From Bdellovibrionales bacterium (GTDB lineage: Bacteria > Bdellovibrionota > Bdellovibrionia > Bdellovibrionales > UBA1609), in NCBI GenBank assembly GCA_965261545.1, contig CBDHDF010000010.1, forward strand, positions 224,001 through 288,000: 64,000 bases of DNA. The letters are read 5' to 3'. The position numbers were made by a program, and so were the translations under genes. The stretch's first letter is position 1. Every line of letters starts with the position of its first letter. Under the pieces are notes generated by a model. The model searched no databases. It had not been told where the DNA came from and saw only the letters and a program-made list of their open reading frames with translations. Of the stretch, positions 10,425-21,170 are shown piece by piece.

Positions 10425-10492
10425 TTTTAGCTGACAATTAAAATGCCCACCGTCGCCAATGAAAAGTGGCCACTTTTCATTGACGCCTAACA
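10425..10492. mobile_element. 68-bp IS21-like terminal remnant / mini-element
   Basis: TTTTAGCTGACAATTAAAATGCCCA...CATTGACGCCTAACA: imperfect inverted ends, internal palindrome CAATGAAAAGTGGCCACTTTTCATTG; shares the 19-mer CGTCGCCAATGAAAAGTGG with 23713 and 26399. Confidence 0.6.
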
Positions 10493-10513
10493 TCTATCAT
10501 TATAATAGCCAAT

Positions 10514-11548
10514 TTATTCTTGATTAACAACACTTTGACATTTAGAGTCCCTTTTAGGGCAGCGACCTCCTGAATGTAAACAAGACTTCACACTTTGATA
10601 GGCCGTAAAGTTCTTTGTTCTATGATAGCTAGAGCTTGAATCTTTTGAATGACATATCCCTGATCTGCTTTTTTTAACATTTGGTTCATCTGTTGGATTG
10701 ACAGTTGGTCGGTTTGCTGGGGTTCTTTGAGAAGAAACTTTCTTTTTTTCCGAAGAAGCCTGTTTGCACTTGGAATCTCTTTTTGGGCATCGTCCACCTG
10801 CACTCAAACAGGATTGAATGTTCGGGAAAGGTTGGTAATTCTTGGTCTTGGAGTAGTAAGGACTGGATTTCCTCATGTGGCAGATATTTGACCTGCTCTT
10901 TTTAACCACAGGACTCTCATTTATAGCGTCTACTGACGCAGCAATTTTTTGTGATACATCTTGTGAACTATCTTGAGTGTTGAAAAAGACCATTTGAAAG
11001 GATGGACACTTGGAAATAATTTTTTCTAAAGCCACCAATTCTTCTGAATCAACTGTCAAGTTGTAGTCTTTTTTAACCTCAACAATTTTATTCGCAAACC
11101 AACATTTATTTTTTTCAGGTATCCAACCAGAAGCATCATGGCCTGATTTCTCTCTCTGATTAATGCCTGGTGAAGCTAATGTAAGGTTTTTAATATCCGA
11201 AGCAAATCGTATTTTTGTTTTTTTATTAGCAGCACAAAGACCACTATCATGAGCTTCGGATAATGAAACGATATGCTCTATATCTGTCTCTTTTATTGAT
11301 TTAAAATATTTGCCTAAATAGGGGGAGTAAATTTTATCGCCCAAGGATTCAACAATTTTATTTTCTAAAGAAGGTGAATAGTTGTAGTCCTTTGAGCGAT
11401 TATAAGGAGAGCACCGCCTCTCCTCTGATATTTTAAGGCCACGCCAATTATTGTCTTTAGATAAAGCAGTGGTTGTGAGGGTCAAAAGAAGGATAAAAAA
11501 GAAAACTTTAAAAAAGTTATAAGAATTATACTCAAAAATACGAATCAT
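10514..11548 (-). CDS. Secreted HNH (DUF1524-like) endonuclease with two C-terminal Cys-rich repeats
   Basis: Signal peptide, DIEHIVSLSEAHDSG...NL...N..EKS motif; duplicated VKKSRS.ICH...TKN...SCL..GGRCPKRDSKC module. Confidence 0.75.
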   Translation of the reverse strand: MIRIFEYNSYNFFKVFFFILLLTLTTTALSKDNNWRGLKISEERRCSPYNRSKDYNYSPSLENKIVESLGDKIYSPYLGKYFKSIKETDIEHIVSLSEAHDSGLCAANKKTKIRFASDIKNLTLASPGINQREKSGHDASGWIPEKNKCWFANKIVEVKKDYNLTVDSEELVALEKIISKCPSFQMVFFNTQDSSQDVSQKIAASVDAINESPVVKKSRSNICHMRKSSPYYSKTKNYQPFPNIQSCLSAGGRCPKRDSKCKQASSEKKKVSSQRTPANRPTVNPTDEPNVKKSRSGICHSKDSSSSYHRTKNFTAYQSVKSCLHSGGRCPKRDSKCQSVVNQE

Positions 11549-12154
11549 TTTCTCTCCAATGTTAGTTTAATGTGTATTTGTCGGCAATTGAATTCATATT
11601 CTAAATACTAAAATATTGCATAATCGTCCTTTTAAATAAATGGGTCAATCTTTGCTAAGAAGTATCAATTCATTAAAATAGCTTAATAAAAATGTATTTT
11701 TCAAAAAAGATGAACCATTGGGTTTTAACAAAATATAATAATTTCTTACTTGTCATTATGTTTGCAAAATTCGATCGTAACTTTATCCACCCCCCACCTT
11801 AAGTACTGTGAGATAGGGCCAGCAGACATAGACTTAGGAATCAAAGCTGGATTCCAAGACTTAATTCTTGGTTCTAGCTTCGCCAGGTTAGATACCATAA
11901 ATTCCTTGCAAAGAAAGAATATTTTCAAAATGAGTCATGATTGGAACATCAATGTAAGTTAAAGAGACCTCTATGTATCATTATAAAAAATTTTATCACT
12001 GAAACACTCAAGATTTTAGTCCAGTAGGACGAAGAGTAGAAGAATATATAAGGTGCTTTCTTAAAAATATCATTCAGTCTTTTTGATAACCTTAAAGTTA
12101 AGAGGCTCGCAGTTGATTTACTTTGTAAGCTGATAAATTCTTGGAGGGTCTTTA

Positions 12155-15106
12155 GTGAGACTTCTATTCATATTTACGTTTCCAATTTATATCTTTCTTT
12201 TTTTCATAGAAATAGAAGTATCTGTAGCCAAGAACCAAGAACCAAGATATAAAAATATTTATAAAATTACTCCTGAGCAAGATTATATAGAAAATTACTT
12301 AAAATCTAATATTCTCATTAGGAACAAAGAAAATACGGGCAGTGGATTTTTTATATCTAAAAGCCTCATAGCTACAAATTACCATGTTGTTAAGGGTTCA
12401 GAAAAAAATATAATTATGTTTGAAAAACAAGATGGAAAGAAGGGGATTGCCCACATTGTTTTCTTTGATGAGAAAAATGATTTAGCTATACTTAAATCTT
12501 GGTCTAACGATGGTGTTCCTCTCAAACTAGGAAACTCATCAACAATAAAATTAACAGATGAAGTTTTAATCATTGGTTCCCCACAAGGACTTCAAGGAAC
12601 TGTGTCTACAGGAATCATCTCTGCAAAAAGAAAAAAAATTCTCGGATTTGATGAGCTTATTCAAACATCAGCTCCCATATCTTTGGGAAGCAGTGGATCC
12701 CCTGTTATATCAAAAAGAACAAAGAAAGTTATAGGGATTGCAACAATAATTCACAAAGAAGGTCAGAATTTAAATTTCTTTTTGCCTATAACTAAATTAA
12801 AAATACTCATCAAGAAAAACATAAATAAAATAAATAAGATGAAAAAAAGCATTATTAGCAAACTATTTAAGAATTCAAAAAATGGATCTAAGTCAGATCA
12901 ATTCTTGCTAGGAACTATGTATTTTTATGGAATACATTTTGACAAAAATTATAGGAAAAGTAAATACTGGTTCTTAAAAAGTGGCTTTAAGTCTTCTTAC
13001 CCATATTTAGGCGCAATATATTATCAGAGGGGACACAGAACTAAAATCAATTATGATAAAGCAAAGAAATATCTATTGAATAGCACTGAAAATCCAGACT
13101 CTTTGAGTATACTAGGCATGATGCATCTTGAAGGCAAGGGATTCTTGTCAAATCAATCAAAAGCATTAGAATACTTCCTAAAATCTTCAAGAAAAGGTCA
13201 TTTGATATCTCAAAAGATTGCAGGCTATATATGCTATAATCAAAAGAATTTCATAGAAGCATCTTTTTGGTTACTAATATCTTCTCTAAGAGACCCAAAC
13301 GATGACAAAATAAAAAATCATCTTGAAAAATCCATGATGAAACTAAGTTCCAATCAAATGTCATCTTTAAGAAGAAGAATAAATTTACTGATTAAAGGAA
13401 AGAATCCTATTGAGACGACTGATAAACCACAGAGATTGATATCCCAAGATACCTCTATAGATGAAGTAAAGATGATGAAGCTTTATGAAAAAGATTGCAA
13501 GGGGGGAGATATGGGAGGCTGTTCTAACCTTGGAGCTCTTGAAGAAAAAAAAGGAAATATGGCAAATGCTGCTGAATTGTATCAAAAAGCCTGCCTAGGG
13601 GGAGAGATGATAGGCTGTTCTAACCTTGGAGCTCTTGAAGAGAAAAAAGGAAATATGTCCAAGGCTGCTGAATTGTATCAAAAAGCCTGCCTGGGGGGAA
13701 ATATGAGTGGCTGTAATAACCTTGGGGGTCTTGAATATAAAAAAGGAAATGTGTCCAAGGCTGCTGAATTGTATCAAAAAGCCTGCCTAGGGGGACAAAT
13801 GAGAGGCTGTTCTAACCTTGGGCTTCTTGAAGATAAAAAAGGAAATATGGCAAATGCTGCTGAATGGTTTCAAAAAGCCTGCCTAGGGGGAAACATGATA
13901 GGCTGTTTTAACCTTGGGATTCTTGAAAAGAAAAAAGGAAATATGCCCAAGGCTGCTGAATGGTATCAAAAAGCCTGCAAGGGGGGAGATATGATAGGCT
14001 GTTCTAACCTTGGGCTTCTTGAATATAAAAAAGGAAATATGTCCAAGGCTGCTGAATGGTATCAAAAAGCCTGCCAGGGAGGATACATGGGAAGCTGTCA
14101 TAGCCTTGGGGTTCTTGAAGAGGACAGAGGAAATATGTTCAAGGCTGCTGAATGGTATCAAAAAGCCTGCAAGGGGGGATACATGGGGGGCTGTTCTAAC
14201 CTTGGGTTTCTTGAAAAGAAAAAAGGAAATATGCCCAAGGCTGCTGAATTGTATCAAAAAGCCTGCCTAGGAGGAGAGATGATGGGCTGTAATAACCTTG
14301 GATTTCTTGAAGAGAAAAAAGGGAATATGGCAAATGCTGCTGAATTGTATCAAAAAGCCTGCCTAGGGGGAGAAATGAGAGGCTGTTCTAACCTTGGGCT
14401 TCTTGAAAAGAAAAAAGGAAATATGTCCAAGGCTGCTGAATTGTATCAAAAAGCCTGCCTAGGGGGAAATATGAAAGGCTGTGTTAACCTTGGGCTTTTT
14501 GAAGAGAAAAAAAGAAATATGTCCAAGGCTGCTGAATTGTATCAAAAAGCCTGCCTAGGGGGATACATGGGGGGTTGCTCTAACCTTGGACTTCTTGAAT
14601 ATAAAAAAGGAAATATGTCCAAGGCTGCTGAATTGTATCAAAAAGCCTGCCTAGGGGGAGACATGATAGGCTGTGTTAACCTTGGGGGTCTTGAATATGA
14701 AAAAGGAAATATGGCAAATGCTGCTGAATTGTATCAAAAAGCCTGCCAGGGGGGAGAAATGATGGGCTGTTTTAACCTTGGGGTTCTTGAAGGTAAAAAA
14801 GGAAATATGTCCAAGGCTGCTGAATTGTATCAAAAAGCCTGCCTAGGGGGAGAAATGAGAGGCTGTAATAACCTTGGGGTTCTTGAAGAGAAAAAAGGAA
14901 ATATGTCCAAGGCTGCTGAATGGTATCAAAAAGCCTGCCTAGGGGGAAATATGAAAGGCTGTCATAACCTTGGGGTTCTTGAATATAAAAAAGGAAATGT
15001 GTCCAAGGCTGCTGAATTGTATCAAAAAGCCTGCCAAGGAGGAGTTCAACTGGGCTGTTCTTCGCTTAAAAAACTTAGACATCGTATGCCTGCTTCGAAT
15101 CAATAG
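12155..15106 (+). CDS. Secreted trypsin-like serine protease fused to Sel1/Hcp-like repeats
   Basis: Signal peptide; GSGF, TNYHVV, NDLAIL, GSSGSP catalytic triad motifs; degenerate Sel1 region, then 16 Cys-paired repeats. Confidence 0.88.
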   Translation: MRLLFIFTFPIYIFLFFIEIEVSVAKNQEPRYKNIYKITPEQDYIENYLKSNILIRNKENTGSGFFISKSLIATNYHVVKGSEKNIIMFEKQDGKKGIAHIVFFDEKNDLAILKSWSNDGVPLKLGNSSTIKLTDEVLIIGSPQGLQGTVSTGIISAKRKKILGFDELIQTSAPISLGSSGSPVISKRTKKVIGIATIIHKEGQNLNFFLPITKLKILIKKNINKINKMKKSIISKLFKNSKNGSKSDQFLLGTMYFYGIHFDKNYRKSKYWFLKSGFKSSYPYLGAIYYQRGHRTKINYDKAKKYLLNSTENPDSLSILGMMHLEGKGFLSNQSKALEYFLKSSRKGHLISQKIAGYICYNQKNFIEASFWLLISSLRDPNDDKIKNHLEKSMMKLSSNQMSSLRRRINLLIKGKNPIETTDKPQRLISQDTSIDEVKMMKLYEKDCKGGDMGGCSNLGALEEKKGNMANAAELYQKACLGGEMIGCSNLGALEEKKGNMSKAAELYQKACLGGNMSGCNNLGGLEYKKGNVSKAAELYQKACLGGQMRGCSNLGLLEDKKGNMANAAEWFQKACLGGNMIGCFNLGILEKKKGNMPKAAEWYQKACKGGDMIGCSNLGLLEYKKGNMSKAAEWYQKACQGGYMGSCHSLGVLEEDRGNMFKAAEWYQKACKGGYMGGCSNLGFLEKKKGNMPKAAELYQKACLGGEMMGCNNLGFLEEKKGNMANAAELYQKACLGGEMRGCSNLGLLEKKKGNMSKAAELYQKACLGGNMKGCVNLGLFEEKKRNMSKAAELYQKACLGGYMGGCSNLGLLEYKKGNMSKAAELYQKACLGGDMIGCVNLGGLEYEKGNMANAAELYQKACQGGEMMGCFNLGVLEGKKGNMSKAAELYQKACLGGEMRGCNNLGVLEEKKGNMSKAAEWYQKACLGGNMKGCHNLGVLEYKKGNVSKAAELYQKACQGGVQLGCSSLKKLRHRMPASNQ
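13499..15034 (+). repeat. 16 x 96-bp coding tandem repeat (32 aa)
   Basis: Unit xGGxMxGCxNLGxLExKKGNMxxAAExYQKAC, counted 16 times with no indels. Confidence 0.97.
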
Positions 15107-15285
15107 CCAAAATGTCACTTTGTTATGTTCAAAACTTCTGCTGCGAGGGGGCTGCTATGGCGATGGAAGCAAAGACGACATAACTTTTGCTACTGTTACT
15201 ACAATGATTGTTTAACTGTTCAAGTTTCTATGCCCCATGAAGTTGTACCATTGCACATGCTGCACAATTCTCAAATCACCACTGA

Positions 15286-18200
15286 GTGAGGATGGCAAAC
15301 AAGGAGATATTTTCATTGAAAACCATGTCGAAAACGATTCTAAAAAATATATTTGTCGCCTTGTTTGGCTCTTTGAACTGGACTCTTCCCAAGTGGTTAG
15401 GTGGGTTGATAGGGTGTGTGTGTCGTTTGATTGCTGGAATCAAAAGAGAACATTCAAGCCATAAAAAAAGATTTTATTGTATTCTGTCTTGTCTATTTCT
15501 TTTTGCCGCTGTGGGTGCGAGTGCTTATTTCGGGTATATCCATCAGCCTCAGTTGATGCGAGTCAGTGTTCAGGGGTCCACGATTGAACCCACTCCTCTT
15601 AAAGAGAGAGCAAAGCCTGTAGAATATAGCATTACTTTTGGGGGGTCTGTGGCTAAGCTCTCTGATGTGGGAAAAGTGGTGACAAGTGGTATTTCCATTG
15701 TGCCTGAGATTCAAGGTGTATGGAAATGGGCTTCGGATAGTGAGCTTGTTTTTAAAGTAACAAAGGATTGGCACACGGGGGCCACCCACCGTGTTCATCT
15801 TAAAAAAACGCTTTTTCCCAAGCATATTCACTTAGAAACCTATGAGCTGGAACTGTCCACTCCAAAACTTAAGATTGATATTAAAGAGGCTTCTTTTTAT
15901 CAGAACCCCAAGAAAATAAGAGATAAAAGGGTGGTGGTTGAGTTTCACTTTACCCATCCTATTGATACAGAATCCTTTGAAAAAAATGTGCAACTCATCC
16001 ATCTTTCTGGAGTGGGAAAGGGACTTGTCGCCCGAGGACATAAAGAAAAAATGGATTTTACAGTGACCTATGATGATTTTTTCGGAAAAGCTTTTTTACA
16101 TTCAAAGAATCTAACGATCAAAAATTATGAGAGTCGAGTGAAAGTCGAGGTGAAGGGAAAGATTTATTCCAAGTTACAAGGGCGTGGAGTTCTGGCAGAT
16201 ATTAAGAAAAGTGTCAAAGTGCCAGGAATTTTAACATTTTTTAAATTTCAAAGCTTTGATTTAGAATTTGTGAGGAACAGTGATTATGAGCTTGAGCAAG
16301 TTCTTATACTCAATAGCACAACAAGGGTCTCTTCAAAAGAATTGACAAAACACCTAGAGGTGTACTCACTTCCCAAGGATTGTCCTGCGAGTCTCAATAG
16401 AAAGAAAATCAAAGGATGCCGTTGGGATGTGGATTCTGTGTCCAACAAAGTCCTCGCTGTATATAAAAAGGTTGAGGTTGTCCCCATTCCCACAAAAAAA
16501 GATTTTTCTCAAACCCTTAGCTATAAATATAAAGAAAATCCGGGAATGTTTCTTTATATTCATATCAAAAAAGGTATCAAGTCTTTCGGGGGATATATGT
16601 TGCCGAGAGGATACTCCTTTGTGGCTCAAGTTCCACCCTTTCCAAAAGAGCTAAAGATTATGGCAGAGGGATCATTGTTGAGTCTGAATGGTGAAAGAAA
16701 GCTTTCGATTTTGTCTCGGAATATAAAGAATATAGGGTATCGAATTCAAAGGATATTGCCAGGTCAAATATCTAACTTTATCACACAAAGCTGGGGTGAT
16801 TTAAGTCACCCAAAATTTCGTTCAGAATTTAATTATCACTTGGGGATGGAAAATCAGTTTGGGATAGAAAATATATCTGAGACATTTAGCGGATCGAGAG
16901 CCCTTCCCCTCGTTGCGGATGGAAAAACACAGTACTCTCATTTTGATTTTGAAAAATTTCTAAATAATGTGAAGGGAAGACCCCGAGGACTTTTTCAATT
17001 GACAATTGAGGAGAAATTGAAAAAGCGTTCTTATCCAACGTTGAAAGGACCAACGGATCAGCGGTTTATCCTTGTCACAGATATAGGAATTATATCTAAA
17101 AAATCTGTAAGTGGAGGGTATGACCTATTTATTCAATCCATTTCAAGTGGACGGCCCATGGCAGGGGTCAAGGTTCAAGTGATGGGGAAAAACGGTCTTC
17201 CTGCCCTCACGAAAAGAAGCAATCATAGGGGGCATGTTTGGTTTTCAAGCCTCAAAAACTTTAAGCAAGAAAAGGAGCCTGTGGCTTTTGTTGTCACAAA
17301 AGGGGTCGATCTTTCTTTTTTACCGATTCGCACACATACTAAGGCTTTGAACTATTCTAGATTTGATGTGGGAGGTGTTCATGTTGGGAATCAAAGTCAT
17401 AGTCTAAAAAGCTATATGTTTTCAGACCGTGGTATTTATAGACCAGGTGAGAGGGTACGTATTGGTTATGTGATTAAAAACTCTGACAATTGGTCAGAGA
17501 GCCTTTCAGGTGTACGTCTCTCATTGAGTGTGGAAAACCCCAAGGGTCAATCCATTAAAAATGAGGAAGACATTGGACTCAATCAAGAAGGTCTTCAAAC
17601 CTATGAGTTTGAAACAAATGATAACTGGATCACAGGAGATTACACAGTTTCCTTGTTTGCAAAAATGAAGGAACAAGACCGCATTCAAATGGACTCCATC
17701 AACGTCAAAGTGGAGGAATTTGTACCCGATCGCTTAAAGATATCTGCAAATTTCTCAAAGCCCCTTAATAAAGGCTGGCTTCATCCAAAGGATTTAAAAG
17801 CCCATGTCCACTTAAAAAATCTCTTTGGCACACCTGCGCAAAATCGCCGCATTGTCGGTAAAATTTCTTTGATACCCCGTTATCCCTCCTTTAATGCTTA
17901 TAAAGATTGGAAGTTTTATAGCTCCGTGCGGTCTCAAGAGAGTTTCAATGAGGAGTTGGGAGAGCAAACAACAAACAAAGAAGGCAGTGCTGTGTTTAAC
18001 CTTGGTTTGGATAAGTTTGACTCCTCTTCCTATTTATTAAATTTTATGGTCGAAGGCTTTGAAGCGGAGGGAGGGCGATCTGTTCAGGCTTTTCATACCA
18101 CCCTTGTTTCTCCCCTAGAGTATTTGGTGGGTCACAAGGCACAGGGGGCTCTCAAATATATCCACCGAGGAGCCCAACTGGGAGTTGATTTTATAGCCGT

Positions 18201-21150
18201 TGATGCTCATTTGGAAAAGGTGCCTGTCCAGGAATTGACACTCAAGATTGTTCATTTCCAGTATGTGTCCACATTGGTAAAAAAACTCAATGGCACCTAT
18301 AAATATGAGTCCATTAAAAAAGAACGTGAAGTGAAAAGCTTACCCTTTCATATCAGTGCTTCTGGGACTTCAGTGCCACTAGACACTTCCCAAGCAGGTG
18401 ACTTTGCTCTCGTTGTCTTAAATGGCGATCATTTAGAGCTAAGCCGTGTTCCCTACAGTGTGGCTGGAAAATCCAATTTGGCCTCTCGTTTGGAAAGAAA
18501 TGCCGAACTCAAGGTCCAACTCAATAAAAATGACTTTGCTCCTGGGGACGAAATTGAAATCAATATAAGATCACCCTATGTTGGCTCTGGATTAATCGCT
18601 ATAGAAAGAGAGCGTATTTTTGCCTATAAATGGTTTCATGCAAGTACAAAAAATACTGTTCAAAGGATTCGCATCCCCATGGACTTTGAAGGCAATGGTT
18701 ATGTCAATGTGATGTTTGTGAGGTCTCTATCTTCTAACGAAATCTTTATGAGCCCTCTAAGTGTGGGGGTGGCTCCCTTTTCCATCCATAAATCAAGTCG
18801 TATCAACAAAATCTCCCTTCATGTACCCTCCCTTGTGCGCCCTGGAGATGACTTGGAGATAGATATTGCATCCACTCGCAAAGGTAAGGCCATTGTTTTT
18901 GCTGTTGATGAGGGAATTCTTCAATTTGCTGAGTACAAAAACCCAGACCCCCTCAGTCACTTTTATGAAAAGCAGGCATTGGAAGTTGAAACCAGGCAAA
19001 TTCTTCATCTCATTTTACCTGAATTCTCAAAGGTTGCCTTGAGACGCTCTTCAGAATCGGGAGGGGCTTCAGGGAGTCTTTTGGGCAAAAACCTCAACCC
19101 CTTTAAACGTCAACGAGACAAGTCCGTGGCCTACTGGTCGGGACTCATGGACATTGGACCAAAGTCGCAAAAATTAACATATTCTGTCCCTGACTATTTT
19201 TCAGGACAACTGAGGGTGATTGCTGTGGCTGTATCTCCAGACACGATGGGTGTTTCTGTAGAAAAGACCTTGGTCAAAGGGCCTTTTGTGATCTCTCCAA
19301 ACACACCCACTTTTGTGGCACCAAAAGATGATTTGACCGTTTCTGTTGGTATTTCCAACAACGTGCAAGGTTCGGGTGAAAATGCTGAGGTGGAAGTTCA
19401 TTTAAAGACTTCAGAGAATATTAAAATCAAGGGATCGCCTTCTGTGTCACTAAAAATCAATGAGGGAGACGAAGCCTCAGCAACTTTTGATATTGTCGCC
19501 CAAGAACCTTTAGGCCATGGGGAACTTGTATTTACAGCTCGTTATAAAGATCAATCCAGCCAGCGAAGATCAACCTTAAGTGTGCGACCAGCCACTCCCC
19601 TTATTATATCCGTCCATTCAGGTTATTTAGATGCCAATAAAAGCATCAAGGTGGCAACTCCAAGAAGAGCCTATAAAGAGTTTCAATCCAATGAAGTCTC
19701 CGTTTCTAAAGTACCATTGGGACTTACAAAATCATTTGTAAATTATCTTCAGAAATATCCATATGATTGCACAGAGCAAATCATCAGTCAGGGGTTTCCC
19801 TCTCTTGTCTTTGGCAACTATGAGGAGTGGGGAAAAACAAAGAGCGAAATTGCCACACAGGTGCAAGATATCACTGAAATACTCTCAAATCGTCAACGAC
19901 CTGATGGGAGTTTTACTAAATGGCCAGGTCCCTATGAGGAAGATGCTTTTCATACAGCTTATGCGGTTCACTATTTAACTGAAGCAAGGGACAGGGGCTA
20001 TGAAATTCCAAAGCCTCTTATGAAACATGCTTTGTCTTACCTTGAAGATTTTTCTAAACAGGAGACAAAAGACTTATCCATGGCGAGGATTCAGTCTTAT
20101 GGAGCTTACCTTCTGGCTAGAAATGAGTTTGTTGTCACCCAATCACTGACCTCGTTGGAGCAGTGGCTTGAGAAACACTATGCTGAATATTGGTTCAAGG
20201 ATATTGTGACTTTATATATGGCCAGTGCTTATAAGATCATGAAAGCCTCTATAAGAGCACAAAAGTTACTTATGCAATTTGATGATACCCACAAGACACC
20301 TTCTGAATATAAGTATGGTGTCTATGATGATACGATCAAGCGAGCCATGCATCTCTATTTGGTTTCTAAGCACTTTCCACATATGTTGAGTGCGTTTGAT
20401 GGTGAGAAGATCAATATCTTAGTAAAGCAGCTTTCTAGGGCCTACAATACAAACTCATCGAGTTTATCTATTTTGGCATTTGAGTCCTATGCCCAGGGGC
20501 TTACTCAAATAAAAAAGAAGGGATCATCGGAGGGCTTACCAGACACCTCAGGTATTTCAGTGGTGGAGTGGGTGGAGAAAGCAAAAAATGCATTGAAATT
20601 AGAAGGCTCTTTGTTTCCTAAGTCTGATTTTTCTTCCCACGCCAATGAAATCAGTATTTCCAACGACAGCCAACATGTGGCTTATTTCTCTGTGATTCAA
20701 GAGGGGTTTGATCGAAAATCTAGCCAAGTCCCACTTGTCAGTGGGATTGAAGTGTTTAAGGAGTTTATAGATAAAGAGGGAAATATAAAGGATATCGCCA
20801 AGGATAAAGAGGATAAGGTAAAACTTGGGGATGAATTGACCGTGAGACTACGAACTCGATCCATTGACTCCTTTTGGGTGTCTAATATCGCTATTGTAGA
20901 CCTTCTTCCGGGAGGATTCGAGGTGGTGTTGGATTCTATTGATAGAGATAGTGGAAAAGTAGAATATGTGGATGCAAGAGAGGATCGTGTTTTGATATTC
21001 ACTCACTTTACAAAAGAAATAAAAAGTTACACATACAAAATAAAGGCCATCAATAAGGGGCGCTATCAAGTGCCCCCCGTATTTGCTGAATCCATGTATG
21101 ATCGCCAACTGCAATCAAAAGGGATTGCCAAAGAAATTGTTGTTGAGTGA
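15286..21150 (+). CDS. Bacterial alpha-2-macroglobulin (YfhM-like)
   Basis: 1954 aa; SDRGIYRPGE, VEEFVP, AVDEGILQ, thioester motif YPYDCTEQ, DLLPGGFE, REDR, AESMY; directly upstream of pbpC. Confidence 0.95.
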   Translation: MRMANKEIFSLKTMSKTILKNIFVALFGSLNWTLPKWLGGLIGCVCRLIAGIKREHSSHKKRFYCILSCLFLFAAVGASAYFGYIHQPQLMRVSVQGSTIEPTPLKERAKPVEYSITFGGSVAKLSDVGKVVTSGISIVPEIQGVWKWASDSELVFKVTKDWHTGATHRVHLKKTLFPKHIHLETYELELSTPKLKIDIKEASFYQNPKKIRDKRVVVEFHFTHPIDTESFEKNVQLIHLSGVGKGLVARGHKEKMDFTVTYDDFFGKAFLHSKNLTIKNYESRVKVEVKGKIYSKLQGRGVLADIKKSVKVPGILTFFKFQSFDLEFVRNSDYELEQVLILNSTTRVSSKELTKHLEVYSLPKDCPASLNRKKIKGCRWDVDSVSNKVLAVYKKVEVVPIPTKKDFSQTLSYKYKENPGMFLYIHIKKGIKSFGGYMLPRGYSFVAQVPPFPKELKIMAEGSLLSLNGERKLSILSRNIKNIGYRIQRILPGQISNFITQSWGDLSHPKFRSEFNYHLGMENQFGIENISETFSGSRALPLVADGKTQYSHFDFEKFLNNVKGRPRGLFQLTIEEKLKKRSYPTLKGPTDQRFILVTDIGIISKKSVSGGYDLFIQSISSGRPMAGVKVQVMGKNGLPALTKRSNHRGHVWFSSLKNFKQEKEPVAFVVTKGVDLSFLPIRTHTKALNYSRFDVGGVHVGNQSHSLKSYMFSDRGIYRPGERVRIGYVIKNSDNWSESLSGVRLSLSVENPKGQSIKNEEDIGLNQEGLQTYEFETNDNWITGDYTVSLFAKMKEQDRIQMDSINVKVEEFVPDRLKISANFSKPLNKGWLHPKDLKAHVHLKNLFGTPAQNRRIVGKISLIPRYPSFNAYKDWKFYSSVRSQESFNEELGEQTTNKEGSAVFNLGLDKFDSSSYLLNFMVEGFEAEGGRSVQAFHTTLVSPLEYLVGHKAQGALKYIHRGAQLGVDFIAVDAHLEKVPVQELTLKIVHFQYVSTLVKKLNGTYKYESIKKEREVKSLPFHISASGTSVPLDTSQAGDFALVVLNGDHLELSRVPYSVAGKSNLASRLERNAELKVQLNKNDFAPGDEIEINIRSPYVGSGLIAIERERIFAYKWFHASTKNTVQRIRIPMDFEGNGYVNVMFVRSLSSNEIFMSPLSVGVAPFSIHKSSRINKISLHVPSLVRPGDDLEIDIASTRKGKAIVFAVDEGILQFAEYKNPDPLSHFYEKQALEVETRQILHLILPEFSKVALRRSSESGGASGSLLGKNLNPFKRQRDKSVAYWSGLMDIGPKSQKLTYSVPDYFSGQLRVIAVAVSPDTMGVSVEKTLVKGPFVISPNTPTFVAPKDDLTVSVGISNNVQGSGENAEVEVHLKTSENIKIKGSPSVSLKINEGDEASATFDIVAQEPLGHGELVFTARYKDQSSQRRSTLSVRPATPLIISVHSGYLDANKSIKVATPRRAYKEFQSNEVSVSKVPLGLTKSFVNYLQKYPYDCTEQIISQGFPSLVFGNYEEWGKTKSEIATQVQDITEILSNRQRPDGSFTKWPGPYEEDAFHTAYAVHYLTEARDRGYEIPKPLMKHALSYLEDFSKQETKDLSMARIQSYGAYLLARNEFVVTQSLTSLEQWLEKHYAEYWFKDIVTLYMASAYKIMKASIRAQKLLMQFDDTHKTPSEYKYGVYDDTIKRAMHLYLVSKHFPHMLSAFDGEKINILVKQLSRAYNTNSSSLSILAFESYAQGLTQIKKKGSSEGLPDTSGISVVEWVEKAKNALKLEGSLFPKSDFSSHANEISISNDSQHVAYFSVIQEGFDRKSSQVPLVSGIEVFKEFIDKEGNIKDIAKDKEDKVKLGDELTVRLRTRSIDSFWVSNIAIVDLLPGGFEVVLDSIDRDSGKVEYVDAREDRVLIFTHFTKEIKSYTYKIKAINKGRYQVPPVFAESMYDRQLQSKGIAKEIVVE

Positions 21151-21170
21151 TTTTATAGAGATAAGAGATA

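Noticed and set aside
11641..11656. Sigma54 promoter TGGGTCAATCTTTGCT
   Set aside because: Correct spacing but a poor -24 element, and no clear gene close downstream.
11745..11892. IscB/HEARO-type guide RNA for the adjacent HNH nuclease
   Set aside because: The nuclease has a signal peptide and DUF1524-like motifs with no RuvC or PLMP features; kept only as an unexplained repeated element.
13499..15034. CRISPR array or DGR-driven variation
   Set aside because: Contiguous in-frame coding repeats with no unique spacers and no cas genes; many adenines are invariant, and no template repeat or reverse transcriptase is visible.
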